In this document: piece after piece, positions 1 to 11,268 of the stretch
Layout of the letters: each line of letters opens with the position of its first letter
Numbering within the stretch: the stretch's first letter is position 1
NCBI RefSeq assembly: GCF_963921235.1
Contig: NC_086097.1
Location: 165,604,001-165,668,000, forward strand
DNA length: 64,000 bases
Source: Mobula hypostoma
Taxonomy: Eukaryota
Direction: 5' to 3'
Notes under the pieces: generated by a model
Told to the model about the DNA's origin: nothing
The model's database searches: none
What the model saw: the letters and a program-made list of their open reading frames with translations, nothing else
Translations under genes and position numbers: made by a program

Positions 1-954
1 AAATGATATATAGAACAAATTAGAACTACCAGTCCTATTGGAGTATTATAAAACTATGTATGAGTTCCTATAGTTATTGACAGGAATTCATCCAGTGTAC
101 GCTACCATGTATGGGGTGTCCTGGGAGGGGATGGCACCTCTGCTGAAGGGGCTTATCATGTCCATTCACCTTTGGTCCCCGCTGGACACCAAGCTCTCAC
201 TTATAAAATTAAACTCCAAGTAGCTGTTTGCAAGCAAGTGGCCAACCTCTGGTACACTGCTCCAACAGACAGCTAAACCAAGCATGGGTAGCCAGCAGGC
301 CTCATACCCCAGTGAAAAAGGGACATGACTGTCCTAGTATCTAAAGTCAGCTCCGGTGGATCAAACAGCCAAGACGGTGTTCTGCAATGCTTTGTGCAGA
401 GGGAAGGGCAAGATAAGGCACAGACGTAATCACGGATATCCACTGCAACCAAGACCCCAGTTTGTGACGTCTACTTGTACCATCAGACCTGGACTTCCGA
501 GGTTGAGAGTGGAACTGTCCCAATGCAATGGCTTTTCCACTTAAAAAAAAACTCACCTGCACAGGGTTTCACTGACATCACTAGATACAATGGACAACCT
601 ATACAGTGCCCTGTTCCTTTGATTGACGTAAATCAAAAGAACATGGTAGATAGGACAGCATTCAGCTCACTCTCCTGTGACCTTTTGTCATCTGTGCTGA
701 ACTGTGGCCTACGATTAATCTGTTTGTGAATCGGCTGCAGTGATGACCGGCTTCTTGACTATGGACACACTTTCATGAATTTCAGTTCTAAATGTTATTA
801 GTTTACTTTTATTGTTTGCATATTTTTCCTACACATTGGGTGTCTGATGGTTTCTTTTTAAATGTGTTCTTTTTTTTTATATTTATGGCTGCCTGCAAGG
901 AGACAAGTCTTAAGGTTGTATATAGTATTCATACTTCGAACTCTTGAACTTTGA

Positions 955-1493
955 AATGAAAGTTGGTGCAGACATCCAAGTCAGATAATGGACTGCCTTC
1001 ATACAATGCTTTCAACAACTGCATCCTTCAAATCTTCATTTTCATTGTAGCATTCAAGATGATTGTCAATACCTTTAAATTCTTCATAATTGCTAACTTG
1101 TTAAACTAGTGAGATCATTTCAGTTTCACTCCCAGCATTTTCTGGCATCTCCATTCCTGAAGGCTTGAAACCACAGTGAACAGTTCTGAATTGTCTTACT
1201 GCTTATTTCTTGCCAACTACCAGTGACAAAAGTCACTGTTTTTTGAAATACAGAAAACTGCTGCTTTGAAAAAACTGTTCTAAGCATAGTGTTGTGTCTA
1301 GCAGTCACACAAGTTCATGCGACTGACGCTAGTTAGAAACAGTTCAGCAAGTCTCCTGTCCAAATTAAGTGTCATAATGTCCAAAATAAATAAGAGAATT
1401 CCTTATATTTTCAATTAGACTTTGTTCTTTAAGAGTTGTCCCAAATGAGCAGAAGCCTGATTCACTGATGGACCCTTTCACCGTAATCCACTG
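955..1493 (-). mobile_element. Degraded Tigger/pogo-like DNA transposon remnant
   Basis: Peptide FVTGSWQEISSKTIQNC resembles the pogo DDE C-terminus; the element ends in ccactg followed by TA. Confidence 0.5.
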
Positions 1494-1645
1494 TACATGC
1501 AAACTAATCTTTAGAATGGTTTGAATTCTGCAGAAGCTGCCAGTCTGTAGGACTCTCTGATAAGGCTTAGCAGGAAGATCCTACCGTGTTGCTTACAGGT
1601 ATAAAGTGGTTTTTCCCCACCAGTGCCAATTTTGATTATTCACCT

Positions 1646-2789
1646 ACAAGAGAAAATCTGCAGATGCTGGAAATCTGAGCAACACACACAAAATGCTGCA
1701 GGAACTCAGCAGGTCAGGCAGCATTTATGGAAAAAAGTACAGCCGACGTTTTAGGCCGAAACTTTTTGGCAGGACTGGAGAAAAAAAAAGCTGAAAGTAG
1801 ATTTGAAAGGTGAGGGGAGGGGAAAGAGAAACACCAGACGATAGGTGAAACTTGGAGGGGGAGGGGTGAAGCAAAGAGCTAGGAAGCTGGTTGGTGAAAG
1901 AGACAGGGGGCCATGGAAGAAAGAAAAAAGGGGGGTGGGGGAGAAACACCAGAGGGAGATGATGGGCAGGCAAGGAGATAATATGAGAGGGACAAGGGAA
2001 TGGGAAATAGTGAAGCGGGGAGGGGAGGGGGTGGGAGAGGAGGCATTACTGGAAGTTTGAGAAATCGATGTTCATGCCAAATGGAATACAAGGTGCTGTT
2101 CCTCCAACCCTCTTGTGGCCTTATCCCGTCAGTGGAGAAGGCCATAGATTGGCATATTGGAATGGGAATGGGAGTGGAATGAAAATGGCTGGCCACTGGG
2201 AGATCCCGCTTGCTCTGGCGGACAGAGTGTAGATGCCTAGCAAAGTTGTCTCCCAATCTACGTCAGGTCTCGCTGATATACAAGAGGCCACACTAGGAGC
2301 ACGGAACACAGTATATGACCCCAACAGACTCACAGGTGAAGTGTCACCTCCCCTGGAAGGACTGTTTGGGGCCCTGAATGGCAGTGAAGGAGAAGGTGTA
2401 GGGGCAGGTGTTGCACTTGTTCCATTTGTAAGAATGAGTGCCAGGAGGGAGATCAGTGGGGAAGGACGAATGGACAAGGGAGTGATCCCTACGGAAAGCA
2501 GAAATGGGGGGGGGGGTGGGAGGAGGAGGGAAAGATGTGTTTGGTGGTGGAATGCAGTTGGTAGTGGCGGAAGTTTTGGAGAATTATGTGCTGGACGTGG
2601 ACGCTGATGGGGTGGTGGGTGAGGACAAGAGGAACCCTATCCCTGGTAGGGTGGCGGTAGGATGGGTTAAGAGCAGACGTGTGAAATGGAAGAGATGCGG
2701 TTGAGGGTAGCATTGATGTGCAGGAAGGGAAACCTTTTCTTTGAAAAAGGAGGACATCTCCTTCATTTTAGAATGAAAAGTCTCATCCC
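1646..2789 (-). mobile_element. 5'-truncated Penelope-like element (degraded RT C-terminus, GIY-YIG region, terminal repeat)
   Basis: Peptides RDRVPLVLTHHP and GDNFARHLHSVRQSKRDLPVASHF; TSD GATTATTCA (1634-1642 / 2790-2798). Confidence 0.85.
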
Positions 2790-3671
2790 GATTATTCATC
2801 TTGTCATATATGACTGTATTCTAAACCAACTGTTATATTCATCTTCAAATTACTAATTGCCTTCCACAAGATCAGGAACATCAAGGATCAAAAGTTAATG
2901 TAAATTCATGTCTTTTTAAAAAATAATTCATATCTATTTATGCAATTCCAAGGCGAGTCCTTGTAATGTCTTTTATGATAAATTTACCTCTTTTCTAAGT
3001 AAATTAAATCTTAATGGAAACTCCTCCCATTTCACTAATGATAGTTACGAGTGTTCTTCTTAATAATACAATGCCAATTAATATGGAAGTACGATCTGAT
3101 GCAGAAAAATTTAAATTTTCTAGTCCTCATTTCAAATGATTACACAAATAGCTTTACCATTACAAACCCATCACTATAAATTTATATTACTTAATCTACT
3201 TTGCAGCAAGATGCTGGTAATCAGAATCATTGTTACCATAAAAATTATAGAATGCTTTGTTCTTAATGAGAAAGGGTAAATTCAAGGTGTGTTGCTTACA
3301 TTGTTTTTCCTACACTAGATAGCATTTTGATTTAGAAGAAGCGCTCATTGCAAACAATTTTGTTGTCTGCATTATCACCAAGGAACGTATCAGTATCAAT
3401 GAAATTAATCCCTAGTTAGAGCAAGGTAACTAAACAACTTACTTGATTAGGTCACCAGTGGACTGAATTAATAAACCAGGAAACAAACTCAAATCACACA
3501 CAATATATGCAGTTGCTGTGTTGAATCATGTTAAACCTAACCAATTCACTTTAGTGGTTTAGGAAAGGAACTTGCTCTGAATTAATGCAGGAGACCAGTA
3601 AATGGTTCAGGGAATTTCCGGATATGTATATACTATACCAGGTAAATTTAGCTACTTAATTTACAGCACAC

Positions 3672-3796
3672 CTGTCATTCTTTTTTGTCTCTTCGCTCTT
3701 CGATACATCTTCCTCTTTGAAGTAATGACCAGTAGCAGAAGAATTTGCAAAGGTTGAGATAAAAGGGCCTAATGACTGGAAGGCAGCTTGACGAAC
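3672..3796 (-). CDS. PPP4R1: PPP4R1 coding exon 10 (VRQAAFQSLGPFISTFANSSATGHYFKEEDVSKSEETKKND); the gene continues beyond the window start
   Basis: tcacag|GTTCGT...AATGACAG|gtgtgc; 125 nt. The donor is less certain than the acceptor. Confidence 0.9.
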
Positions 3797-4169
3797 CTGT
3801 GAGCATCAGACCACAAGATAAAACATTATCTTAAATATATATCTAATCACAATCTGCAATATGGCCGGAGAAATATAATTACTTCCCAGTAACCACTTGA
3901 AATAGCTGGCATTCACATCATTCAGTAGTTTTACATATTAAATAATAGAGTGAGAGATGCACAGCACACGTTCAATTATTTAGGAGTGTAGGCAGTTTCA
4001 ATACTGACTGTTAAACTGACAAATATTGAAACCTGAGAAATTATTGATTGATGTCCCATATTTTTGGATGCAGTTAGAAGGGAAAGAGGCATCTAGCAAT
4101 GATCCTTAAAACCAGATGTAATATGTGGCAGTTTTGGCTAGCAATACTTAGTATGATTGTGTTCTGTTC

Positions 4170-4843
4170 ACCAACTGTTAATCAATGATAGCTATTGTTG
4201 GCAGAATTTCAGATGCTGATGAGGAGGCACACAGGAGTCAATAGATCAGCTAGTTGAGTGGTGTCATTATAACCTTGTACTCAACATCAGTAAAACCAAG
4301 GAATTCAATGTGAACTTCAAGAAGGGAAAGTCGAGGGAACACATGCCTGTCCTCATCAATGGATCAGCAGAGGAAAGGGTGAGCAGTTTCAGGTTCCTGG
4401 GTGTCAATATCTCTGAAGATCTATACTAGGCCCAAAGTTTTGACACAGTTATGAAGGTGGCACAACAGTGGCTATATTTCATTATGAATTTGAGGAGACT
4501 TGATATGTCATCGGAGACTTGATATACCAAAGACTATTAAATTTCTGAAGATGTACATTGGTGAGCAATTGTAACTGGTTGCATAACCATCTCGCATGGA
4601 GGGGGCCACTGCACAGGATTGGAAAGATCTGCAGGAAGTTGCAAGCTCAGCCAGCTAACTTGGGCACTAGCCTCCCAGCATTGAGGACATCTTCAAAAGG
4701 CAATGCCTCAAAAAAAGTTGCATCTATCTTTAAGGAGCCCCCCCCGCCCCCCATTAACCCAGGACATGCCCTCTTCTCATTGATACCTCCACGGAAGTGG
4801 TACAGGAGTCTGAAGGCACTCAATGTTTTATGAACACCTTATT
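4170..4843 (+). mobile_element. Old L2/Rex-Babar-like RT 3' fragment; host of the two insertions above, resuming at 5690-5713 and 11627-11820
   Basis: Degenerate RT/C-terminal motifs (FRFLGVNISEDL, PGHALFSLIP). The 3'-UTR sequence resumes after the L1. Confidence 0.7.
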
Positions 4844-4844
4844 T

Positions 4845-5689
4845 AGATAGATAGATAGATAGATAGATAGACAGATAGATATACTTTATTAATCCCAAGG
4901 GAAATTTGGTTTCGTTACAGCCGCACCAACCAAGAATAGAGCGTAAATATAGCAATACAAAAAACCCCAACAATCAAACAACAAAATGCAAACTATGCCA
5001 GATGGAAAATAAGTCCAGGACTTATAAGACCAGTCTATTGACCCAGGGTGTCTGACCCTCCACGGGAGGAGCTGCACGTTCGATGGCCACAGGCAAGAAC
5101 GACCTCCCGTGCCGCCAGTGTTGTATCACGGTGGAATGTGGCCGAAGTCCAACAGTAAAAAGTTCAGTATCCAGTCTGCAAACACGTTCCTCGATCGTAA
5201 TATACTCCGGATTGCACCATCCGTTGTTAAGCAGATCAGTAAGCTCGAAACTCCTTTACGCTTACCGCTCTCAGTGTACTTCCGGTCAGCCGGAACAGTA
5301 TTACCCACCGAACTCCTCTTCTCCAAAAGTCTCTGTTGTCTCAACCCGGTCCTCTTTCCTCGGCTTTGTGATTCCCTTCTGCGTGTTTTCCTCCGGATTT
5401 CAGCAGGGGTGTCCACCGCTTGCTAAACCGGCCGGGATTTGCTGGTCCGTGAAATACACAATGCGACCTTGCTTCAGTCCCGCGTGTCGGGATGTAACCA
5501 ATTCCAGCGCTAAAGAAAACCCAAATAAAACTCTCTCTACCAGCATGTTAGAGAGGGTGCAGCTTCGACATGTTACCGTGAGAAAAACAAAATACAAAAA
5601 TAACGTAAATTAAAAAGTAAGAAGAAGAAAGTAAAAGAATAGTTCGGAACGGCTGTACCAGGCTGCATGCACGACCGGCGCATGCGCAC
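4845..5689 (-). mobile_element. Internally deleted non-autonomous Rex1/Babar-like LINE derivative with a (TCTA)n tail
   Basis: Minus strand: Arg-rich N-terminus (RRKTRRR..RGKRTG), APE fragment (ADRKYTESGKRKG; NNGWCNPEYITIEERVC..ELFTVGLRPH) fused to the RT C-terminal RSFLPVAI, AATAAA, then a (TAGA)n tract at 4844-4880. Confidence 0.7.
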
Positions 5690-5870
5690 TTTCCCTCCAT
5701 TATCAGATTTCTGGGGGGACTTCCGGTAGCGCTCATGGAGTGAAGTCGCGTTCTTGACTCGCTCCATTACCTCTGAGTTTTTTCTCTCTATGGTCAGCTA
5801 TACTTTAATTAACTATTAAGGCATCAATTTTTACAATACTTTGAATTAAACTGAATTCTCTGACAATTGG

Positions 5871-6770
5871 ATGATACTGAGATCGGCTATGTCTAAGAAC
5901 GGGAAAGACGGCAAGGATGGTAAACCTCCGGTTAAACCGAAAGCTACGGATCTCCCTCCGACTGAATCACCGGTGACTTTGGAAGCTATATCGGAGTTAA
6001 TTCAGAGGGAAATTTCAACCTCTGTTAGGGAGATGATTCGTACAGAAATTATGGGCTCTGTTAAAGACCTGATTCATATGGAAATCTCAACTAAGTTCCA
6101 GAAAATTGCCGATTTAATTGATAAGATGCAAACATGTATTGCGGAACATCAGTCGGCTATATCTGGTCTTCAAAAATCCGCGCAACAAAGTGAGCTTAAG
6201 ATGGGGAAAGTCGAAGAAACAATTAATGTAATGAAGAAGAAACTTGACTTTTTGACTTTTAAAAACTCTGACTTGGAATCTAGAATGCGACGGCAGAATT
6301 TACGAATGATTGGCGTCAGGGAAGCCGTGGAAGCTAACAACCCTATGAAATATTTTTCCCAACTTTTAAAAGATGCATTCCCTACTGTATTTCCTGACCA
6401 ACCACCGCTACTGGATCGTGTTCACAGAATCCCATCATACTCGTCTAGGTCAGATAGACCTAGGCATGTTATCTTACGTTTTCATTACTTTCAAGACAAG
6501 GAGAGACTGTTTCGATTCGCTCGATCTAAAGGTTTCATTGATTTTTCGGATCTTAAGTTCCGATTCGTGGAAGATTTCAGTAAACCAATCTGGGACCAAC
6601 GGGTCCGTTACAGATCCGTGATGTCGGAATTCTATAAGATGGATTTAAGACCAGCGCTGCTGTACCCTGCACGTCTAAGGATTCGCATGTTAGATGGAGC
6701 TCTTCGTTTTTTTGATTCTCCATCGGATGCCCAGAGTTATCTGGATCAACTTTCATCTTCAACATCTTAA
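5871..6770 (+). CDS. L1 ORF1p (coiled coil, RRM and CTD; Transposase_22-type)
   Basis: 299-aa ORF with L1 ORF1 motifs DLESRMRRQNLRMIGVRE, DRVHRI, PRHVILRF, EDFS, LYPARLRI. An alternative ATG is at 5889. Confidence 0.92.
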   Translation: MILRSAMSKNGKDGKDGKPPVKPKATDLPPTESPVTLEAISELIQREISTSVREMIRTEIMGSVKDLIHMEISTKFQKIADLIDKMQTCIAEHQSAISGLQKSAQQSELKMGKVEETINVMKKKLDFLTFKNSDLESRMRRQNLRMIGVREAVEANNPMKYFSQLLKDAFPTVFPDQPPLLDRVHRIPSYSSRSDRPRHVILRFHYFQDKERLFRFARSKGFIDFSDLKFRFVEDFSKPIWDQRVRYRSVMSEFYKMDLRPALLYPARLRIRMLDGALRFFDSPSDAQSYLDQLSSSTS

Positions 6771-7491
6771 TTGCCTTTTTTTAATTTTCTCCGTTGATCG
6801 GAGGCTGTGAATTGGTTGGTTTTAACTTTTCTGTGCCCTATTTGGGCAGAAAAGTTTACTTTTGATTTCTTAATATGGCTGCTAAACTTTCTTTTTAACT
6901 GCGTCATTTCTTTCTTTTCCCAGGGGATTCTGGGTGGTTACTTCCCTTTTGTCATCTTACGTATTTCCTGTGCGGCCTTAAATTTTGTAGTTTTTTTTAA
7001 ATTTTATTCTGTTTTGCTTTTTATAATCATTTTATGTTAATAATCCTATTTTTTTTGTTGCTGTGTCTATTCATGAGTTTGAGGTTTATTGTGGTTTTTT
7101 TTTAATATATACTTTCCGGCTTTTGTTCTGTTCTGTGTGTATTTTAATTGAGCTAACTTTTTTTTACTTATTTTTTTTACTGTTTTACAATTAGCTGATC
7201 CTTTTCATATTTATACCTTTTTTTTAGGGAGCGTATACCGGAAGTCATGGGGGTAGTTTTAGCGCTTGCTTCTTTCTGGCGGGTCTGCTTTAGATTTCGC
7301 CTTGGGGTCCTGGGGTGGGGGGTGGTGGGAGGGGCTTCACGTTTTAGTTTGTTTCTCTTTGGGCTATATACATTATTGAAGTATTGGTTACGTCCTTTTC
7401 CCCGGTATCTTTTGTATGTTCTGTTTCCTCTCCGGGTCTGTGGGTCGCGCCTATTGTCAATCCTCCTTGTTATGGGTTGACTTTAGGATTT

Positions 7492-10400
7492 ATGGAGTCT
7501 ATTATTAATTTTGTCTCCTGGAATACTAATGGTCTTAATCATCCTATTAAAAGGAAAAAAGTTTTTAAAGTGTTCCGGAGACTTAAAGCACAAATTTTAT
7601 TTTTACAAGAGACCCATGTACGGAGGGGGGACAGACTACGTTTTTTCAAATTTTGGAAGGGACAACAATTTCATTCGAACTCCAATGCTAAGATTCGAGG
7701 CGTCTCTATTTTTATAGACTCCTCAGTTACTTTTATACAACAGGATATTATCTCTGATCCGAATGGTAGATTTTTATTGGTTAGTGGTTTATTATTTAAT
7801 AAAAAAGTAGTTTTGGTTAATGTTTATGCTCCTAATATGGATTGTCCGGAATTTTATAAATCATTGTTTGATCAGTTTCCGAATTTGAACGAGTTTTCAT
7901 TGATTTGGGGCGGAGATCTTAATACCTGTTTATCTCCAGCTTTGGACCGTTCGGATCCTTTACGGACTTTACCTAATAAATCTGCAAATTTGATTAATTT
8001 TTTCCTTTCTGATTCTGGGTCGACGGACATTTGGCGTTTTCTGCATCCTCAGGAAAAAGATTTTTCCTTCTTTTCACATGTTCATCATTCCTATTCAAGA
8101 ATTGATTATTTTTTCATTGATTCTCGTCTCATTCCTTCAGTGATTAAATGTGATTATGATTCTATAACCATTTCGGATCATGCTCCACTTAAGCTTTCTA
8201 TTAAAATTATGGCCAATATACCAAACAATAGACAATGGCGTTTTAATTCGCTGTTGCTTCAGGACTCGGACTTTGTTAATTTTATGAATGAACAGATTGA
8301 GCTTTTTTTTACAATTAACCATACAGAAGATATTTCGGTTAACACTCTTTGGGACACTTTTAAAGCCTATATTCGGGGTCAGATTATTTCGTATTCCGTT
8401 GCTTTGAGGAAGAAACAGAAGCAGGAGGAGATGGTAATTGTGGACAAGATTAAAGAAATTGATAAGAAATATGTTATGGCTCCTTCTGAGGAGCTATACA
8501 AACAAAGAACTGAACTTCAAATGGAACACAGTTTACTACTCTCGTCCTCGATTGTAAACCAATTAAAGAAAACAAGAAGTGATTTTTATGTTCACAGTGA
8601 TAAAATTGGCAAGCTGCTGGCTAATCAATTGAAATCTAATTATGTTAAATCTCAAATCAATCAGATTTATAACCAAAATGATCGATTGATATTGGATCAT
8701 GTGGGGATTAATCAAACCTTTTGTGATTTTTATTCTTCTTTATACCAATCAGAGTCTCCTCGAGATTCTAAATATATGAATGATTTTTTAGATAAGTTAG
8801 ACTTCCCTCTGATTTCACAGGATATGTCTTCTTTATTAGATACTTCCATTACAATGGATGAGATTAAGAATGTTATTTTTTCTATGAATCTGGGGAAAGC
8901 TCCTGGCCCTGATGGGTTTACCGTTGAATTTTATAAATGTTTTGCTTCTTTATTGATTCCTTGGCTCTATAAGGTTTTTGAGGCTTCTTTGAAACTTGGT
9001 AAACTTCCGGAATCTTTTAATAGAGCATCAATTTCTTTAATACTAAAGAAGGATAAAGACCCTGCTCAATGTGCATCTTATAGACCAATATCTTTATTAA
9101 ATGTTGATTCTAAAGTTTTTTCTAAGTTATTAGCAAATAGACTAGAAAAAGTACTTCCTTCTATTATTTCGGAAGACCAAACGGGTTTTATTAAAGGTCG
9201 TTACTCTTTTTATAATATTCGTACATTGTTAAATATCGTTTATACTCCCTCACAAAATGTTCCTGAGTGTGTTATTTCTTTAGATGCCGAGAAAGCTTTT
9301 GATAGAGTAGAATGGCCTTATTTATTTAAGGTGCTTGAAATGTTTAATTTTAGCTTGAAATTTATATCCTGGATTAAACTGTTATATTACTCCCCTGTAG
9401 CCTCGGTTCGTACTAACTCCTTAAACTCACCTTTTTTTCCTCTCTTTCGTGGTACTCGACAAGGCTGTCCTCTTAGTCCCCTATTATTTGATATTGCATT
9501 AGAACCTCTTGCAATTGCTATTCGAGAATCTTTAAATATTACTGGGATAACTCGGGGATTAAAGTCCCATAAATTATCACTCTATGCTGATGATTTACTT
9601 TTATATATTTCTAATCCTGAGAGATCCATTCCTGCTGTTTTAGAGTTATTAGCACAATTTGGTCTTTTCTCAGGTTATAAATTAAATCTTAGTAAGAGTG
9701 AACTTTTTCCGATTAATAAACATCTTCCCTTATATTATAAATTTCCATTTAAATTGATTAATAATTACTTTTCATATCTTGGGATTAAAATTACTTGTAA
9801 ACATAAAGATTTATTTAAGACTAACTTTTTACCATTAATAGACCATATTACTCAACTTTCATCTAAATGGTTTCCCTTATATTTAACTTTGATTGGTCGT
9901 ATTAATGCAGTTAAGATGTTTTTTTTGCCAAAATTTTTATATGTGTTTCAGGCATTACCAATTTTCGTTCCTAAATCTTTTTTTGATAAAGTTGACTCTA
10001 AAATTTCTTCATTTATTTGGCAGAACAAGAATCCGAGACTGGGTAAAATACATTTACAGAAAGCTAAGAGAGATGGAGGTTTAGCATTACCTAACTTTAG
10101 ATTTTATTATTGGGCTATTAATATTCAACATATGAAATTTTGGTTACTTGACCGGGACATACTATTTATTCCTAAATGGGTAGCATTGGAATTACAATCT
10201 GTTCAGGGTTATACACTTGGTTCTATTTTAGGTTCCTCTCTTCCTTTTGATTCGAAACGTCTTAAGCAGGTCTCTAACCCGATAGTTAAATATGCTTTGC
10301 GCATTTGGTTTCAATTCAGAAAATTTTTTGATCTTAATCAATTCGGGTTAGCGATTCCTATTTTAGGTAACATATTTTTTCCTCCCTCTTTTACGGATCG

Positions 10401-11268
10401 CGCTTTTCAAACTTGGAAGACTAAGGGTATTTTACGGTTTTTGGATTTATTTTTAGATGGTTCCCTTATGTCTTTTGAACAATTATCTAATAAATATAAC
10501 TTATCAAGAATACATTTTTTTAGATATTTACAAGTTAGAAATTTCCTAAGTACTATACTTACTTCCTTTCCAATGCTTCCTCCTATATATATTTTAGATT
10601 CGATAATTAACCTTAATCCATGTCAGAAAGGTGCATCGGCTATGATTTATAATATTATTATGAAACTTAGGAAAGCTCCATTTGATAAGATTAGGGTAGA
10701 TTGGGAACAGGAATTGGGGCTTACCATTTCTGTGGATGATTGGGGGCAGATTTTACAATTAGTTAATACTTCCTCTATTTGTGCTAAACATTCTCTAATT
10801 CAATTTAAAGTGGTTCATAGAGCACATATGTCCAAAGATAAGTTAGCGCGTTTTTACTCGCATATTAATCCTTTCTGTGATAGATGTTCGGGGCAGATAG
10901 CCTCTTTAACTCATATGTTTTGGTCTTGCCCTACTTTGGAAACTTTTTGGAGAGATATTTTCAATATTATTTCTAAGGTATTAAATATAGATATCTCTCC
11001 TCACCCTATTACTGCTATCTTTGGACTACCTAAAATTTCTAGTAATCTTTCCCCTTCAGCCCGTAGAATGATTGCATTTCTTACTTTAATGGCGAAAAGA
11101 TGTATTTTACAACATTGGAAAGAGCTTAATGCTCCAACTACCTTTTTTTGGTTTTCTCAGACGATTTTATGTTTGAATCTGGAGAAAATTAGAAGTAACC
11201 TTTATGATTCTTCATTTAAATTTGAACAGATTTGGGGACCTTTTATTCGATATTTTCATTTAATGTAA
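7492..11268 (+). CDS. L1 ORF2p (APE endonuclease, reverse transcriptase, CCHC knuckle), 1258 aa from ATG 7492
   Basis: EN motifs SWNTNGLN, LQETH, GGDLN, SRIDY, SDH; RT motifs KAPGPDG, YRPISLLN, SLDAEKAFD, RQGCPLSP, YADD, YLGI; C-terminal CDRC-x8-HMFWSC; no stops. Confidence 0.95.
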   Translation: MESIINFVSWNTNGLNHPIKRKKVFKVFRRLKAQILFLQETHVRRGDRLRFFKFWKGQQFHSNSNAKIRGVSIFIDSSVTFIQQDIISDPNGRFLLVSGLLFNKKVVLVNVYAPNMDCPEFYKSLFDQFPNLNEFSLIWGGDLNTCLSPALDRSDPLRTLPNKSANLINFFLSDSGSTDIWRFLHPQEKDFSFFSHVHHSYSRIDYFFIDSRLIPSVIKCDYDSITISDHAPLKLSIKIMANIPNNRQWRFNSLLLQDSDFVNFMNEQIELFFTINHTEDISVNTLWDTFKAYIRGQIISYSVALRKKQKQEEMVIVDKIKEIDKKYVMAPSEELYKQRTELQMEHSLLLSSSIVNQLKKTRSDFYVHSDKIGKLLANQLKSNYVKSQINQIYNQNDRLILDHVGINQTFCDFYSSLYQSESPRDSKYMNDFLDKLDFPLISQDMSSLLDTSITMDEIKNVIFSMNLGKAPGPDGFTVEFYKCFASLLIPWLYKVFEASLKLGKLPESFNRASISLILKKDKDPAQCASYRPISLLNVDSKVFSKLLANRLEKVLPSIISEDQTGFIKGRYSFYNIRTLLNIVYTPSQNVPECVISLDAEKAFDRVEWPYLFKVLEMFNFSLKFISWIKLLYYSPVASVRTNSLNSPFFPLFRGTRQGCPLSPLLFDIALEPLAIAIRESLNITGITRGLKSHKLSLYADDLLLYISNPERSIPAVLELLAQFGLFSGYKLNLSKSELFPINKHLPLYYKFPFKLINNYFSYLGIKITCKHKDLFKTNFLPLIDHITQLSSKWFPLYLTLIGRINAVKMFFLPKFLYVFQALPIFVPKSFFDKVDSKISSFIWQNKNPRLGKIHLQKAKRDGGLALPNFRFYYWAINIQHMKFWLLDRDILFIPKWVALELQSVQGYTLGSILGSSLPFDSKRLKQVSNPIVKYALRIWFQFRKFFDLNQFGLAIPILGNIFFPPSFTDRAFQTWKTKGILRFLDLFLDGSLMSFEQLSNKYNLSRIHFFRYLQVRNFLSTILTSFPMLPPIYILDSIINLNPCQKGASAMIYNIIMKLRKAPFDKIRVDWEQELGLTISVDDWGQILQLVNTSSICAKHSLIQFKVVHRAHMSKDKLARFYSHINPFCDRCSGQIASLTHMFWSCPTLETFWRDIFNIISKVLNIDISPHPITAIFGLPKISSNLSPSARRMIAFLTLMAKRCILQHWKELNAPTTFFWFSQTILCLNLEKIRSNLYDSSFKFEQIWGPFIRYFHLM

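Noticed and set aside
955..1360. Possible PPP4R1 exon 11
   Set aside because: No PPP4R1-like peptide in any frame. The sequence resembles a Tigger/pogo remnant, so exon 11 lies outside the window.
7384..7491. N-terminal extension of L1 ORF2 shown in the ORF track
   Set aside because: It starts at a non-ATG codon. APE homology begins right after ATG 7492.
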